Notes: generated from the sequence alone by a model not told the origin. A stretch of 64,000 nt of DNA from Pontiella sp. (GCA_050290185.1 JBNKHE010000005.1:32001-96000), one strand, 5' to 3'; shown: positions 1-11,412, numbered from the stretch's first letter. Numbers and translations are program-made.

Positions 1-698
1 TCGGCCCCCATTCCAGCGCTTACTTCGAGGAAGGTGACCCCGTCTGCAGCATTGCCGGCGATTTTTTCGGCCATTTCCTTGTGACCCGCGTAGATCTGGA
101 ATTCGGCTTCGGTTTCTTCCATCGCCTGCCGGGTCTTTTCGATGTGGTGTTCGATTTTGGAAAGCGAACGGTCGGGTAGTTTTACCTCATGGGCCGGGAT
201 GGAAAAATCTTCGCGACCCACCGCCAACACATAGATGATATTCTTGTCGCGGCTGATTTCGCTGATGGCGACGCTTTCGGGCGCTGCAGGGGTATCCTTA
301 ACGGGAAGCTCGTAAAGCTTTGCAAAAAGACCGCACTTGTTCAGCCGGGTGATTTCGCGCGGATCAAATTCTCCAAAGGGAGTTATACGGTTTTTTTCGT
401 GTTCCAGCGCCTGCAGGGTTTCCTTCAGTTCCTTTTCCTTGTGGATGAGCTTCCACACCGTATCGACCAGATCGTGGGGATCTTTACCGGTGGCGGGGTC
501 GGCATCGGGTCTGGATTGAAGCACTTCCTTGGCGCGTTGCACGTAAAGCAGATGGTTACGGGCCTGTTCCAGTTCGTGACCTTCAGGGGCTTGCACGTGT
601 TCAACGTGAAGCACTTCAAGATCGCGCAGCTTCTTCAGCGTCTCCTCCTGTTGCGCAGGGGTACACAGGAGCGTCAGTTTTTTCATCTTAACGATCAT
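1..698 (-). CDS. atpI: V-type ATP synthase subunit I (5' part; runs off window)
   Basis: Read manually on - strand: MIVKMKKLTLLCTPAQQEETLKKLRDLEVLHVEH...; ATG overlaps the subunit D stop (ATGA); position after D in a V-ATPase operon. Confidence 0.85.
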   Translation of the reverse strand, partial: MIVKMKKLTLLCTPAQQEETLKKLRDLEVLHVEHVQAPEGHELEQARNHLLYVQRAKEVLQSRPDADPATGKDPHDLVDTVWKLIHKEKELKETLQALEHEKNRITPFGEFDPREITRLNKCGLFAKLYELPVKDTPAAPESVAISEISRDKNIIYVLAVGREDFSIPAHEVKLPDRSLSKIEHHIEKTRQAMEETEAEFQIYAGHKEMAEKIAGNAADGVTFLEVSAGMGA

Positions 699-1282
699 GC
701 GCTTTTTCCTTTGGCAATTTTGGAACGGGCCACGGCGGCGGTCTGCTGGTCGCCCATAAAGATACGGATGACGCGAATGTTTTCCTTGGCTTCCGGGATC
801 TTAACTTTTTCAAAGAGGTTGACGCGCTGCGTAGTGGTGCGGAGCTCTTCCGCCAGCAGTCGATGCTGCTCTTCGAGGATTTGCCGCTCAACACGTAACC
901 GGGTGAGCTGCTTGAGTACGCGGATACCCTCATCGATCCACGCCGGCGTTTCAAACAGGTCGGGAACGGATTCCTTGAAAACCAATGACTCCAGTACAGG
1001 AATGTTTACTCCGGCAATGTTTCCCGAGGAGGTGACCAACGATTCAAGCTCGGCATGCGGGGCCAGGTCAACCGGCTCGGAATATAGCTGGATCCATGAG
1101 CTGAGCGTTGCGCGTGCTTCCTGTTCCTCATCGCGTTTTTCCAGGATTTCCTGATCCAGCCGGCGCATCTCCATCTGCAACTGCTGTTTTTTAAGCTGCA
1201 GTGTCGGCAGATAGCGATTGAACCGCGCCAGCGAGTCGCGTTGGGTCTTTAGCTCATTTTTCGTTAACTTGATTTTTGCCAT
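695..1282 (-). CDS. atpD: V-type ATP synthase subunit D
   Basis: TKNELK...LPTLQLKK...TTQRVNLFEKVKIP signature of NtpD. Confidence 0.95.
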   Translation of the reverse strand: MAKIKLTKNELKTQRDSLARFNRYLPTLQLKKQQLQMEMRRLDQEILEKRDEEQEARATLSSWIQLYSEPVDLAPHAELESLVTSSGNIAGVNIPVLESLVFKESVPDLFETPAWIDEGIRVLKQLTRLRVERQILEEQHRLLAEELRTTTQRVNLFEKVKIPEAKENIRVIRIFMGDQQTAAVARSKIAKGKSA

Positions 1283-1318
1283 TTCTTCGATCCGTACTAT
1301 CTAACTGATTCGACTGAT

Positions 1319-2623
1319 CTATGCGTTGCTTTTTGGCCAGAACTTGTCCGTCAACTTCGATGCAATACCGGTTTCGGCGGGTTCGAAACAATCGGCGAGC
1401 AATTTCCATCCGCTGTCCAGAGCTTCTTCGAGCGGGAGGTTGACGGTGATGTCCATCATTTCGGCTTCGAAGCGCTCTCCATACTTAAGCAGCTTGCTGT
1501 CCCAATCGCTCATGCGGAAGCCCATCGACTGCTTTTCCGTCGTTTCCTTGTAGGACGAATAAAGCTGAATCATGGTGTCCATGATCGCGCGATGGTCGTC
1601 GCGGGTTCGGTCGTTCACCTGCTGTTTCAAGCGACTGAGCGAGCCGAAAGGTTCAATACGCCCGTTTTTGAGGTAGAACTGACCTTCGGTGATGTAGCCG
1701 GTGTTGTCCGGAACCGGGTGCGTCACGTCGTCGCCCGGCATCGTGGTGACGGCCAGAATGGTGATCGAGCCACTCCCTTCGAAGTCGACGGCCTTTTCGT
1801 AGCGGGCGGCCAGCTGGGAATAGAGGTCGCCGGGATAACCGCGGTTCGACGGAATCTGCTCCATGGTAATGGCCACTTCTTTCATGGAGTCGGCAAAGTT
1901 GGTCATGTCCGTCAGCAGTACGAGCACGCGCTTGTCTTCCAAGGCATATTTTTCGGCGACCGCCAACGAAACGTCGGGAACGAGCAGGCACTCGACGGTC
2001 GGGTCGGAGGCGGTATGGACAAACATGACCGAGCGGGAAAGGGCGCCGCTCTGATCCAGCGTGTCGCGGAAGTAAAGATAGTCGTCGTGCTTCAGGCCCA
2101 TGCCGCCAAGAATGATGACATCGACTTCGGCCTGCAGGGCAATCTGCGCGAGCAGTTCGTTGTAGGGTTCGCCGGCTACGGAGAAGATCGGCAGCTTCTG
2201 CGATTCCACCAACGTGTTGAACACGTCGATCATCGGAATGCCGGTGCGCACCATGTTGCGTGGAATAATGCGCTTGGCTGGGTTGACGGAAGGACCACCG
2301 ATTTCAATCATGTTTTCGGTGATGGCCGGGCCTTTATCGCGTGGCTCGCCGGAGCCGGTGAATACGCGGCCCAGCAGGTTTTCCGAGAAAGGGATCTGCA
2401 TGGTGCGGCCGAGGAAGCGTACTTTGGCATCGGTGCTGATGCCGCGTCCGCCCGCAAAAACCTGCAGGAATACCGATTCGTTTTCCAGGCGGATCACCTG
2501 TGCCAGCGAGGTGCCATGCGCGGCGGCGACGTGTGCAAGTTCCCCAGCAATAATGCCATCGGCTTTCACGACGATGACGTTGCCGGTGATCTGTTCAATC
2601 CGGTGGTAGACTTTATTCTGCAT
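1319..2623 (-). CDS. atpB: V-type ATP synthase subunit B
   Basis: [34 protein letters not shown] motifs. Confidence 0.97.
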   Translation of the reverse strand: MQNKVYHRIEQITGNVIVVKADGIIAGELAHVAAAHGTSLAQVIRLENESVFLQVFAGGRGISTDAKVRFLGRTMQIPFSENLLGRVFTGSGEPRDKGPAITENMIEIGGPSVNPAKRIIPRNMVRTGIPMIDVFNTLVESQKLPIFSVAGEPYNELLAQIALQAEVDVIILGGMGLKHDDYLYFRDTLDQSGALSRSVMFVHTASDPTVECLLVPDVSLAVAEKYALEDKRVLVLLTDMTNFADSMKEVAITMEQIPSNRGYPGDLYSQLAARYEKAVDFEGSGSITILAVTTMPGDDVTHPVPDNTGYITEGQFYLKNGRIEPFGSLSRLKQQVNDRTRDDHRAIMDTMIQLYSSYKETTEKQSMGFRMSDWDSKLLKYGERFEAEMMDITVNLPLEEALDSGWKLLADCFEPAETGIASKLTDKFWPKSNA

Positions 2624-4355
2624 AATCAGAAACCTCCGTGAGCGATTTAGTCATGCGCTCTTCAATTTGTTTAAATTCATCCGATTGAAATTCGCTGTTG
2701 TTCCAGTCCCGGCAGGTCTGTGTGAGCTGCTGGAAGAAGCTGCGGGCCACGTTCTTGTCCGCAAACTTCATTTTGGTATCCATGATCTTGAGGAGCTTCG
2801 TGAATACATATTCCTGCCGTTCGACAGAGTTGGCGGAATCGGTTTCGCTGAATGCGTTCTGCTGGAGGTAGGTGGCGTCGATGTATTCCGACTTCAAATA
2901 GAGCACAAAGTCGTCGATCGAGGTGCCTTCTTCGCCGACCACCTTCATCATCTGTCCGACTTCGCTGCCGTTGCGCAGTACCCGGCGGGCCTTGGCGACT
3001 TTCTCTTCATCCACCACGCTCGGATACTTGCTCCAGCTGTCGAGCGGGTCGATGGCCGGATAGCGGCGGGCATCGGAGCGGGCGCGGGAAAGACCGTGGA
3101 ATGCGCCGACCACCTTCAAGGTAGCCTGCGTTACCGGTTCCTCGAAGTTTCCGCCGGCGGGGGAAACCGTACCGCCGATGGTGACCGTTCCCGTATCTCC
3201 GTTATTGAGGCGAACCGCTCCGCCGCGTTCGTAGAACGAGGCAATTACGGATTCGAGGTAGGCCGGGAAGGCTTCTTCGCCCGGGATTTCTTCCAGACGT
3301 CCCGACATTTCGCGCAACGCCTGCGCCCAGCGGGAGGTGGAGTCGGCCAGCAGCAGGACATCAAGTCCCATTTGGCGATAGTACTCAGCCAGCGTTACCC
3401 CCGTATAAACCGAGGCTTCACGGGCGGCTACCGGCATCGAACTGGTGTTGCAGATGATCAGGGTACGCTCCATCAGGCTCTTACCGGTGCGCGGGTCGGT
3501 CAGTTCCGGGAATTCGCGGAGGGTTTCCACCACTTCACCGGCACGTTCGCCGCAGGCTGCGATGATCACGATGTCCACTTCGGCGTTGCGCGACATAATC
3601 TGCTGCAGCACCGTTTTACCCGCTCCAAACGGACCTGGCACACAGAAGGTGCCGCCCTTGGCTACGGGGAAGAACGTATCAATCGTACGAAGCTTGGTCG
3701 CCATTGATTCGGTCGGACGCAGGCGCTCGGAGTAGCACTTGATCGGCATCTTGATCGGCCAGATCTGCATGATCTTGCATTCCTTGGTGTTGCCCTTGTC
3801 ATCCTTCAACACGGCGACCACTTCATCAACCGTGTATTCGCCGGCCGGAGTAACCTTATCAACGGTCCATTTTCCGTTCAGCCCGAAAGGAACCATTACA
3901 CGATGTTCGAACATGCCCTCGGGAATGGTGCCGATGGTGTCGCCGGCCACAACGGTGTCGCCAATGTTCAGCTTTGGCGTGTAGGCCCACTTCGTATCGC
4001 GGGGAAGGGATGGGAGATATTTACCGCGCTGCAGGAAGAATCCGCATTCTTCGGCCAGGGCGGGCAGAGGATTTTGCAGGCCGTCGAAAACCTGGGTGAG
4101 CAGTCCCGGTCCGAGTTCTACGGAAAGAAGGGAACCCGTGAATTCGACAGGGTCGCCTATTTTGAGTCCTACCGTATCTTCAAACACCTGCAGCTCGGCA
4201 TTGTTGTCGCGAACACGAATCACTTCCGCTTTCAGTTTAAGGTCGCCCGTACCAAGGCTGGCGTAGGCCACTTCGTTTTGGATCACGGGTTTCTCGAACT
4301 CAACCTTCAGCAGGTTGCCGTTGACCCCGACAATTTTTCCTATGTTTTTGCTCAT
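2613..4355 (-). CDS. atpA: V-type ATP synthase subunit A
   Basis: Walker [39 protein letters not shown]. Confidence 0.97.
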   Translation of the reverse strand: MSKNIGKIVGVNGNLLKVEFEKPVIQNEVAYASLGTGDLKLKAEVIRVRDNNAELQVFEDTVGLKIGDPVEFTGSLLSVELGPGLLTQVFDGLQNPLPALAEECGFFLQRGKYLPSLPRDTKWAYTPKLNIGDTVVAGDTIGTIPEGMFEHRVMVPFGLNGKWTVDKVTPAGEYTVDEVVAVLKDDKGNTKECKIMQIWPIKMPIKCYSERLRPTESMATKLRTIDTFFPVAKGGTFCVPGPFGAGKTVLQQIMSRNAEVDIVIIAACGERAGEVVETLREFPELTDPRTGKSLMERTLIICNTSSMPVAAREASVYTGVTLAEYYRQMGLDVLLLADSTSRWAQALREMSGRLEEIPGEEAFPAYLESVIASFYERGGAVRLNNGDTGTVTIGGTVSPAGGNFEEPVTQATLKVVGAFHGLSRARSDARRYPAIDPLDSWSKYPSVVDEEKVAKARRVLRNGSEVGQMMKVVGEEGTSIDDFVLYLKSEYIDATYLQQNAFSETDSANSVERQEYVFTKLLKIMDTKMKFADKNVARSFFQQLTQTCRDWNNSEFQSDEFKQIEERMTKSLTEVSDYAE

Positions 4356-4396
4356 AATCTCAATCCTCTATCCCAATAAAAACATAGACTGCGGCA

Positions 4397-4945
4397 CTAC
4401 TCGGTTTCCGCGGTCTCTTCCTGTTCCGTATTCGCCGTAATAACAGCTTCGAGTTTTTCCTTGCCGGCATGTACATCCATGCGACTCCAGCGTTCGACAA
4501 TCTTCAGCTGGATGCCATATGCGAGTACCTTTTCAAAGCAGAAGGGATCCTGACCGATCAGTTGTTCGGCCAACTGCCAGCGCGCACGATCCAGTTCTTC
4601 TTCGATTTCCAGCGGATCCGTGCGCGTAAAGGCGTCGGTTACCAGTTGTTCGACTTCCCCGCTGAATCCATCATGGGGTTGAAGGTATTCCTTGAAATCG
4701 ATGCCTAGCTTCTGGCCGCGATGCCGGGCCACCGCGTTCCGCAACTGGGTTTCGATATCGAACCAGGTCTTGCAGATCGGGCAGGAGCCGCCATGGTCTT
4801 TTCCCTGAAGGATGTGTTTCAGGATCCGGGCTTCGTGCCCGGTAATCCATTGCGCACAGTTGTCGATATAGTCCTCCGTAGAGAACGGGGGCTCGTCCCC
4901 GATCTTGAGGTTCGACAGGCTGGCTACGAGTGAATAGTAGGCCAT
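4397..4945 (-). CDS. DUF2764-like V-ATPase-associated protein (subunit C equivalent)
   Basis: YYSLVASL N-terminus, LRNAVARHRG, FEKVLAY; lies between subunits E and A. Confidence 0.75.
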   Translation of the reverse strand: MAYYSLVASLSNLKIGDEPPFSTEDYIDNCAQWITGHEARILKHILQGKDHGGSCPICKTWFDIETQLRNAVARHRGQKLGIDFKEYLQPHDGFSGEVEQLVTDAFTRTDPLEIEEELDRARWQLAEQLIGQDPFCFEKVLAYGIQLKIVERWSRMDVHAGKEKLEAVITANTEQEETAETE

Positions 4946-4957
4946 CGTATCTTCCGG

Positions 4958-5572
4958 TTAGGCGTTCGAGAGCTGATCTTGGGCGATGGCGCTGACAGTC
5001 TTGGCGAGCTCCGGGCGAAGGAAGGCGCTCAGCGCTTCCGCAATGGCCTCGCCGGTATAATCGAGGTAAACGTTCTCATCCTTGAAGCCAACTTTGAAAC
5101 CGCTGAGAATTTCGGCATCGGAAACCAGTTCGATTTCCCGACCTGATTTCTTGGCCTGTTCTGCGCAGAAGGAGGCGAGGGCAGCTTTGTCGGTGTCGTT
5201 GACATTCAGCACGATGTTGGAACCCTTGCTTAGTTCAATTACGCCTTTGATCATCTGTTGGAGAAAATCAGCGGATAGGGTGGTGTCCACCGCCTGTCCC
5301 AGCGTGCCGGAAATAACTTTTTCACAGCCCTGTCCTACGGTAATGAGCAAGTCACGTGCCGCCTGTTCAAGGGTCTTTACGGATCGTTCTGCGAAGGCTT
5401 CAGATTCGGTCTGGGCTTTCTTAAGCAGGGAGTGCGCCTTCTCTTCGGCTTCCGCGACAATCTTCGCGGCCTTTTCTTTTGCCTGGGAGATGATGGTGTC
5501 AGCCTGTTCGTTGGCTTTCTCAACTCCTTCTCTATGAATCTGTTCTATCAAATGCTTTAGTTCTTCAGCCAT
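4958..5572 (-). CDS. atpE: V-type ATP synthase subunit E
   Basis: Coiled N-terminus LIEQIHREGVEKA, first gene of operon. Confidence 0.85.
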   Translation of the reverse strand: MAEELKHLIEQIHREGVEKANEQADTIISQAKEKAAKIVAEAEEKAHSLLKKAQTESEAFAERSVKTLEQAARDLLITVGQGCEKVISGTLGQAVDTTLSADFLQQMIKGVIELSKGSNIVLNVNDTDKAALASFCAEQAKKSGREIELVSDAEILSGFKVGFKDENVYLDYTGEAIAEALSAFLRPELAKTVSAIAQDQLSNA

Positions 5573-5671
5573 GATGGTCTCCGGTTTTTTTCACAAAAGA
5601 GGTATCGATATAAATGGAATGAACCGTTGAGGCAAGTCCCTTTGCGTATGAATCTATAAAATATAAGTGGA

Positions 5672-6595
5672 TTAGTCCTCATTCGGCTCAGCCACGAGGG
5701 TCTTCAACATCTCAAGAACCACCGATCCGGTAATCCCCAGACTTTCTGCGGAAATATGGTCCATATTGTCCAAATCGGTATGCCAATACTCATTTTTTCC
5801 CGGGCCGGAACCGTATTTAAAGTCAATGAGGTCAATGGCCGGAATGCCGACCCGCATGAAGGGAACGTGGTCATCCGTAATGACAGAGCTGCTTGAAATA
5901 GAAAAATAATCCCGAAGTCCCGTCGAGCGCGCCGCTTCGAAAAGGGCTTTGGTCAGCGATTGCGAGCTGTTGGTCGGCAGCACGAAATGCAGGTCTTTGT
6001 CGCCCACCATGTCGAGCAGGATCATGGCCGTTGTTTTTTTATGTTGTCCGCTTTGGGCCAGCTGGGCGGCCAGATGCCGGCTCCCGTGCAATCCATCGCC
6101 CGGAATATAGTGGGCAACACCTTCTTCGCCGTCGAAAAATGCAAAGATTATACCCGATTCGGGTTTGCATCCGGCAAGTACACGGGCCAGCTCCAGCAAA
6201 ACCCCGGTGCTCGATCCGCCATCATTGGCTCCCTGGAAGTTAGCAATGCCCGGCATGGTGTCGAAGTGCGACCCGACGATAATCCATCGGTCGCTCTTTC
6301 CGGGGATGCGCCCGATGACATTGTGCATGGTTTTTTTTCCCTCCGGCGTCTGATCGGTAAAGGTATCGATCTCGGCGTAAATACAGAAAGTCTTCAGTCG
6401 CTTTAGGATATGCCCGGCGGCCTTGAATCCGTTCGGTGTTCCTGCATCACGCGGGGTAAATTCAACCAATGCCTCAACTTCGGAATACGCCCGCTGCCCA
6501 TCGAACGCCTCCTGTGCAGGAGTATTGTCCCGGCAACCACAAAGTAGCAATACCGCAATCAACATGCACGGGTGTATGGCAAAAGATCGGCCCAT
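5672..6595 (-). CDS. M28 family peptidase / glutaminyl-cyclase-like lipoprotein
   Basis: Lipobox-like LLLCGC; HFDT, GANDG, FFDGEE, LLDMVG, DDHVPF, WHT motifs; start placed at ATG 6595 just after recA stop. Confidence 0.85.
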   Translation of the reverse strand: MGRSFAIHPCMLIAVLLLCGCRDNTPAQEAFDGQRAYSEVEALVEFTPRDAGTPNGFKAAGHILKRLKTFCIYAEIDTFTDQTPEGKKTMHNVIGRIPGKSDRWIIVGSHFDTMPGIANFQGANDGGSSTGVLLELARVLAGCKPESGIIFAFFDGEEGVAHYIPGDGLHGSRHLAAQLAQSGQHKKTTAMILLDMVGDKDLHFVLPTNSSQSLTKALFEAARSTGLRDYFSISSSSVITDDHVPFMRVGIPAIDLIDFKYGSGPGKNEYWHTDLDNMDHISAESLGITGSVVLEMLKTLVAEPNED

Positions 6596-6599
6596 TGGA

Positions 6600-7622
6600 T
6601 TACTTGTCGAGCGCTTCTTCACGGGCCTTATGGATGCGTGCGATGACCGAGTCGCACATTTCCTGATCTTCTTTGAGGGCGCGGACGGCGGCGTCGCGGC
6701 CCTGCCCAAGCTGGGTGCCGTCCATGGAGAGCCATGAGCCCTTTTTGTCGATGATGCCCGCGTCAATGGCCGCATCGATGACTGATCCGGTGTAGGAAAT
6801 GCCTTCAGCATAAAGAATATCGAATTCCGCCTGGGTAAAGGGCGCGGCGACCTTGTTTTTGACGACCTTGACGCGGGTGCGGTTGCCGTAGACGCCGCCG
6901 GCCGAATCCTTCAGCTGGCCGATTCGGCGGATGTCCAGACGGACGGAGGAATAGAACTTGAGTGCGCGCCCCCCCGGCGTGGTTTCCGGACTGCCGAACA
7001 TGACGCCCACTTTTTCTCGGATTTGGTTGGTGAAGATGCAGATGCAGCTTGAGTGGTTGATGGCGGAGACCAGCTTGCGCAACGCTTGCGACATCAGGCG
7101 CGCCTGCAGGCCGACGTGCGACTGACCCATTTCTCCATCGAGTTCGGCACGGGGGGCGAGAGCTGCAACGGAGTCGACCACAACGACGTCGAGCGAGTTG
7201 CTCTTGACCAAGGCTTCGCAGATATTGAGCGCTTCCTCGCCGGAGTCCGGCTGGGAGACCAGCAGATCATCGATGTTGACGCCGATTTTCTTGGCGTATC
7301 CCGGATCCAGGGCGTGTTCGGTATCAATGAAGGCCGCCGAGCCGCCTGCTTTTTGGGCATTGGCAATCACATGGGAGACGAGGGTGGTCTTGCCCGATGA
7401 TTCGGGGCCGTAGATTTCGACGATGCGTCCGCGGGGTAGGCCGCCAATTCCAAGCGCGAGGTCCAGGGTCAGGGCGCCGGTTGAAATGGATTCGACATGG
7501 CGGTTTGCACTGGCATCGCCCAGTTTGACAATTGCTCCTTCGCCATATTGTTTCTGGATCTGTGCGATTACCGCGCTGAGGGCAGCGGAGCTGTCGGTGG
7601 GAGTGTCTTTTTTAGCGGCCAT
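6600..7622 (-). CDS. recA: Recombinase RecA
   Basis: [38 protein letters not shown]; start at MAAKK after GAAGGAG. Confidence 0.99.
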   Translation of the reverse strand: MAAKKDTPTDSSAALSAVIAQIQKQYGEGAIVKLGDASANRHVESISTGALTLDLALGIGGLPRGRIVEIYGPESSGKTTLVSHVIANAQKAGGSAAFIDTEHALDPGYAKKIGVNIDDLLVSQPDSGEEALNICEALVKSNSLDVVVVDSVAALAPRAELDGEMGQSHVGLQARLMSQALRKLVSAINHSSCICIFTNQIREKVGVMFGSPETTPGGRALKFYSSVRLDIRRIGQLKDSAGGVYGNRTRVKVVKNKVAAPFTQAEFDILYAEGISYTGSVIDAAIDAGIIDKKGSWLSMDGTQLGQGRDAAVRALKEDQEMCDSVIARIHKAREEALDK

Positions 7623-7671
7623 TTCGTATTCTCCTTCGTCGAATGATATTGGTTGAAAAAAATAATAGCGC

Positions 7672-7700
7672 ATTCTTATGAATCACCGTTCCGATGTCAA
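7672..7700 (-). promoter_or_regulatory. recA sigma70-like promoter with candidate SOS box in the spacer
   Basis: - strand TTGACA-17 nt-AAGAAT; spacer contains GGAAC-GGTG-ATTCA. Confidence 0.6.
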
Positions 7701-7883
7701 CGGCACCCGGTTTTAATGAGAGGGTTTTTTCGGACGCCCCTGTAGCGACCCTGTTATAACGCCAAAAAAACCTTAAAAAGGCTGGTATTGGCCCATGTGT
7801 CTGGGATAGTGCGCCGCGATTTACCCCGTTCTCCGCAAGGTTCGGACGGGGTTTTTTATTTTATCGGCAAGGAGATAGGACTG

Positions 7884-9491
7884 ATGGGCAAGACTAACCG
7901 ACTTTTTAAACTGAATATCGAGCGTCCCCGAAACGTGAAAAACGACATTCTCTCGGGGCTGACCGTGGCTTTGGCTCTGGTTCCCGAGGCAGTGGCTTTT
8001 TCGTTTGTGGCCAAGGTTGATCCCGTGATCGGGCTTTACGCCGCATTCATGATGGGCTTGATCACGGCCATTTTCGGCGGCCGGCCGGGCATGATTTCCG
8101 GCGCCACCGGTGCCGTGGCGGTTATTTTTGCGCCCCTGATGCTGGGGCTGTATGAACAAGGCATGGATACCGAAACCGCGACGGGATACCTCTTCGCTTC
8201 CGTAATTCTTATGGGGATCATCCAGATGCTGTTTGGTGCGCTTAAACTGGGTAAGTTTATCCGACTGGTCCCGCACCCGGTCATGCTCGGGTTTGTGAAT
8301 GGATTGGCGATTATCATCTTCAAGGCGCAGTTTGAAATGTTCTATGTCGGTCATGGCGAAGAATCCCATCTGCTGGAAACGGGGCCCTTGGCCATCATGT
8401 GCGGCATGGTTGCGTTGACCATGCTGATCAGTGCCTTGCTGCCTAAGCTGACCAAGGCCGTTCCGGCGACGCTGGTTGCGATTATTTCCGTCACGCTTCT
8501 TTCGGTTCTGCTGAAGAAGACCGGCCTGTATGAGGCACGGGACGTACTGGACTTTGTTCAGAGCATGGATCCAACCAAAGAAACCATTAAAGCCGGCCTC
8601 CCTCACTTCGCTATTCCGAAAGTGCCGTTCGTCTGGGCAAACATTAAAATGATTTTGCCCTATGCAACGCTCGCGGCGGCAGTCGGTTTGATTGAGTCAC
8701 TCATGACCCTTACGCTGGTGGATGAAATCACCGAAACCCGTGGCCGCGGAAATAAGGAATGCAGGGGACAGGGACTGGCCAATATCGTAAACGGCTTTTT
8801 TGGCGGCATGGGCGGTTGCGCCATGATCGGACAGAGCATGATCAATATTCGCGGCGGGGGGCGCGGTCGTCTGTCCGGTATTTCCGCCGCACTGTTTTTG
8901 CTGACGTTCCTCCTCTTTGCCGCGCCGCTGGTGGAGATCATTCCGTTGGCCGCACTGGTGGGTGTCATGTTCATGGTGGTGATCGGAACCTTCGAGTGGT
9001 CCAGCTTCCGCATCATTCCGAGCATTCCGAAAATGGATGCCTTCATCATTATTCTGGTTTCGGCCGTCACGGTCTTTCAAAACCTCGCCATCGCCGTGCT
9101 AGTCGGCATTATCGTTTCGGCGCTGGCCTTTGCCTGGGAACACGGGAAAAAGATACACGCCAATATCATGATCGATGAGCATGGCACGAAGGTTTATAAG
9201 CTTGAAAGCGCCTTGTTCTTTGGTTCTGCCCAGTCGTTCAAGGATCTGTTCGATCCGCTGAACGATCCTCAGGATGTCGTCATTGATTTCGCGAAGGCGC
9301 GCGTCTACGACCATTCGGGGATCGAGGCGATCAACAACATTACCCAGCGCTACGCCGACCAAGGGAAGTTCCTGCACCTACTCAATCTGAGCAAGGAATG
9401 CCAGGAGTTGATGGACAAGGCCGACAACATTGTCGAGGTCAGTTTGATCGAAGACCTGGATTGGCATATCGCCGACGACCGGCTGGATTAA
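7884..9491 (+). CDS. SulP family inorganic anion transporter with STAS domain
   Basis: GLTVALALVPEAVAFS, GGRPGMISG, C-terminal STAS (LFFGSA, DHSGIEAI); RBS before ATG 7884. Confidence 0.95.
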   Translation: MGKTNRLFKLNIERPRNVKNDILSGLTVALALVPEAVAFSFVAKVDPVIGLYAAFMMGLITAIFGGRPGMISGATGAVAVIFAPLMLGLYEQGMDTETATGYLFASVILMGIIQMLFGALKLGKFIRLVPHPVMLGFVNGLAIIIFKAQFEMFYVGHGEESHLLETGPLAIMCGMVALTMLISALLPKLTKAVPATLVAIISVTLLSVLLKKTGLYEARDVLDFVQSMDPTKETIKAGLPHFAIPKVPFVWANIKMILPYATLAAAVGLIESLMTLTLVDEITETRGRGNKECRGQGLANIVNGFFGGMGGCAMIGQSMINIRGGGRGRLSGISAALFLLTFLLFAAPLVEIIPLAALVGVMFMVVIGTFEWSSFRIIPSIPKMDAFIIILVSAVTVFQNLAIAVLVGIIVSALAFAWEHGKKIHANIMIDEHGTKVYKLESALFFGSAQSFKDLFDPLNDPQDVVIDFAKARVYDHSGIEAINNITQRYADQGKFLHLLNLSKECQELMDKADNIVEVSLIEDLDWHIADDRLD

Positions 9492-10090
9492 TAGATATTC
9501 GGCACGAAGTTTTGTTCGGCGCGGGGAGGGCGTTTGTCGCTGCTCTCATCCGGGCAGGTGGGCAACTCGATAGAGTCGGGTGTTAAATCCTTATAGGGGA
9601 TCCGGCTGAGCAGGTGCGAGGTGCAGTTCAGGCAGGCCTTCTTCTTGTTGTCGGCCTCGACCACCCACCAGGGGCTGTCCGGAAGATCGGTATGCTCGAG
9701 CATTTCGTCCTTGGCCTTTGAATACTCCGCCCACTTTTCGCGCGACTTCAGATCCGTGGGGCTGAGCTTCTAGCGTTTGGCGGGAGTCGATGTGCGCCTT
9801 GGAAACGCTTCTTCTGTTCGTCGTCGCTGACCGAAAACCAGTACTTGATCAAGATGATTCGCGCGCGGATAAGCATGCGCTCAAACTTGGGACAGGTAGT
9901 GAAAAACTCGCGCAGCTCCGCGTCGTTGCAGAAACCCATACCCGGTCGACACCGGCGCGGTTGTTCCACGATCGATCGAACAGCACCATTTCACCGGCGG
10001 CGGGGAGGGCGGGCACATAGCGCCGGAAGAACCACTGGGTTTCTTCGGATCGGTAGGCTTTTCCTGGGCGACCACGAGGGCGATGCGGAG
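9488..10090 (-). pseudogene. ppk2: Polyphosphate kinase 2 remnant (5' truncated, frameshifted)
   Basis: Fragments in different frames: TQWFFRRYVPALPAAGEMVLFDRSWNNRAGV / MGFC...LIKYWFSVSDDEQ / KR*KLSPTDL..W..YSKAKDEML...PWWVVEADNKKKA; Walker A region absent. Confidence 0.85.
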
Positions 10091-10131
10091 ACGGCGTCTC
10101 CGCATTCCAAGACTGACTTTGCCTGTAAACG

Positions 10132-10159
10132 AAAAAAGCCCGGCGGGTTGCCGGGCTTT
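10132..10159 (-). terminator. Intrinsic terminator after nqrF
   Basis: AAAGCCCGGC-loop-GCCGGGCTTT hairpin with T-run on - strand. Confidence 0.85.
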
Positions 10160-10179
10160 GAACTTTGAGTCCGGATTAA

Positions 10180-11412
10180 TTAAATGCCGAAATCGTCGGC
10201 CATGATCATTTCGGGTTCGACCCCAAGATCGTCGGCCATGTCCTTCACGCACTTGAGCATGATCGGCGGTCCGCAGAGATAGAACTCGATTTCCGTCGGA
10301 TCGGGATGCTTATCGAGATATTCGTTGAGCACGACCTGGTGGATGAATCCGGTCGGTCCTTCCCAGTTGTCTTCCGGCAGCGGATCGCTGAGTGCGATGT
10401 GGAAGGTGAAGTTCGGGAAATCTTTTGCCAACTGTTCGAACTCCTCGACATAGAACAGTTCGCGAACGGAGCGGCCGCCGTACCAGAAGGTAATCTTGCG
10501 GTCGGTACCGATGCGCTTAAGCTGGTCGTAGATGTGCGAACGCATGGGCGCCATGCCGGCCCCCCCACCGATAAAGCACATTTCGCGCTTGGTGTCCTTT
10601 GCGAAAAATTCGCCGTATGGGCCGGAGATAGTGATCTTGTCGCCCGGCTTGAGATCGAATACATAGCTGGAGCAGACGCCCGGCGGGTAGGAGGTGCCCG
10701 GCGGGGGAGACGCAATACGGATATTGAGCATGATGATGTCATCTTCCAGCGGAAAGTTCGCCATGGAGTAGGCGCGGAAGCAGGGTTCGGGATTATTAGC
10801 CACAAGATCCCACTGATTGAACTTGTCCCAGTCGCCGCGGTATTCCTCTTCGACATCGAAGGACTTGTAGGACAGATCCTTGTAGGCCGGGACGTCGATC
10901 TGGATGTAGCCGCCGGCACGGAAGTCGAGCTTTTCGCCCTTGGGCAGCTCCACCACCAGTTCCTTGATGAAAGTGGCTACGTTGTGGTTGGAGCGGACGG
11001 TACATTCGTACTTCTTGATCTCGAGAATCTCTGGCTCGATATCGAGTTTCATGTCTTCCTTGACCTTCAGCTGGCAGGCGAGGCGGACGCCTTCCTTCGC
11101 TTCGGCTTTGGTGACCTGTCCGGCTTCGGTCGGAAGCAGTTCTCCACCGCCTTCAAGCACCTTGCACTTGCACATGGCACAGGTTCCGCCGCCGCCGCAG
11201 GCGGATGGCAAGAATATCTTCTGTCCCGCCAGGGCGGTCAGTAGCGAGCTGCCGGGTTTGACTTCCAATTCGCGGTTGCCATCGTTGATGTTCAGTTTGG
11301 CGAGGCCCTGGGGAACCAGCTTTTTCGAGGCGACCATCAGCAGAGTCACCAACAGCATGATGACGAACGTGAAGACGGCGACACTGGATACAATATAGGT
11401 TACATTTTCCAT
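10180..11412 (-). CDS. nqrF: Na+-NQR subunit F
   Basis: 2Fe-2[34 protein letters not shown]. Confidence 0.97.
   Translation of the reverse strand: MENVTYIVSSVAVFTFVIMLLVTLLMVASKKLVPQGLAKLNINDGNRELEVKPGSSLLTALAGQKIFLPSACGGGGTCAMCKCKVLEGGGELLPTEAGQVTKAEAKEGVRLACQLKVKEDMKLDIEPEILEIKKYECTVRSNHNVATFIKELVVELPKGEKLDFRAGGYIQIDVPAYKDLSYKSFDVEEEYRGDWDKFNQWDLVANNPEPCFRAYSMANFPLEDDIIMLNIRIASPPPGTSYPPGVCSSYVFDLKPGDKITISGPYGEFFAKDTKREMCFIGGGAGMAPMRSHIYDQLKRIGTDRKITFWYGGRSVRELFYVEEFEQLAKDFPNFTFHIALSDPLPEDNWEGPTGFIHQVVLNEYLDKHPDPTEIEFYLCGPPIMLKCVKDMADDLGVEPEMIMADDFGI

Noticed and set aside
189..3707. Long + strand ORFs (321, 349, 346 aa) opposite the V-ATPase genes
   Set aside because: Antisense shadows with no recognisable domains.
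6596..6811. N-terminal extension of the M28 ORF overlapping recA
   Set aside because: The true start is more likely ATG 6595, directly before the lipoprotein signal.
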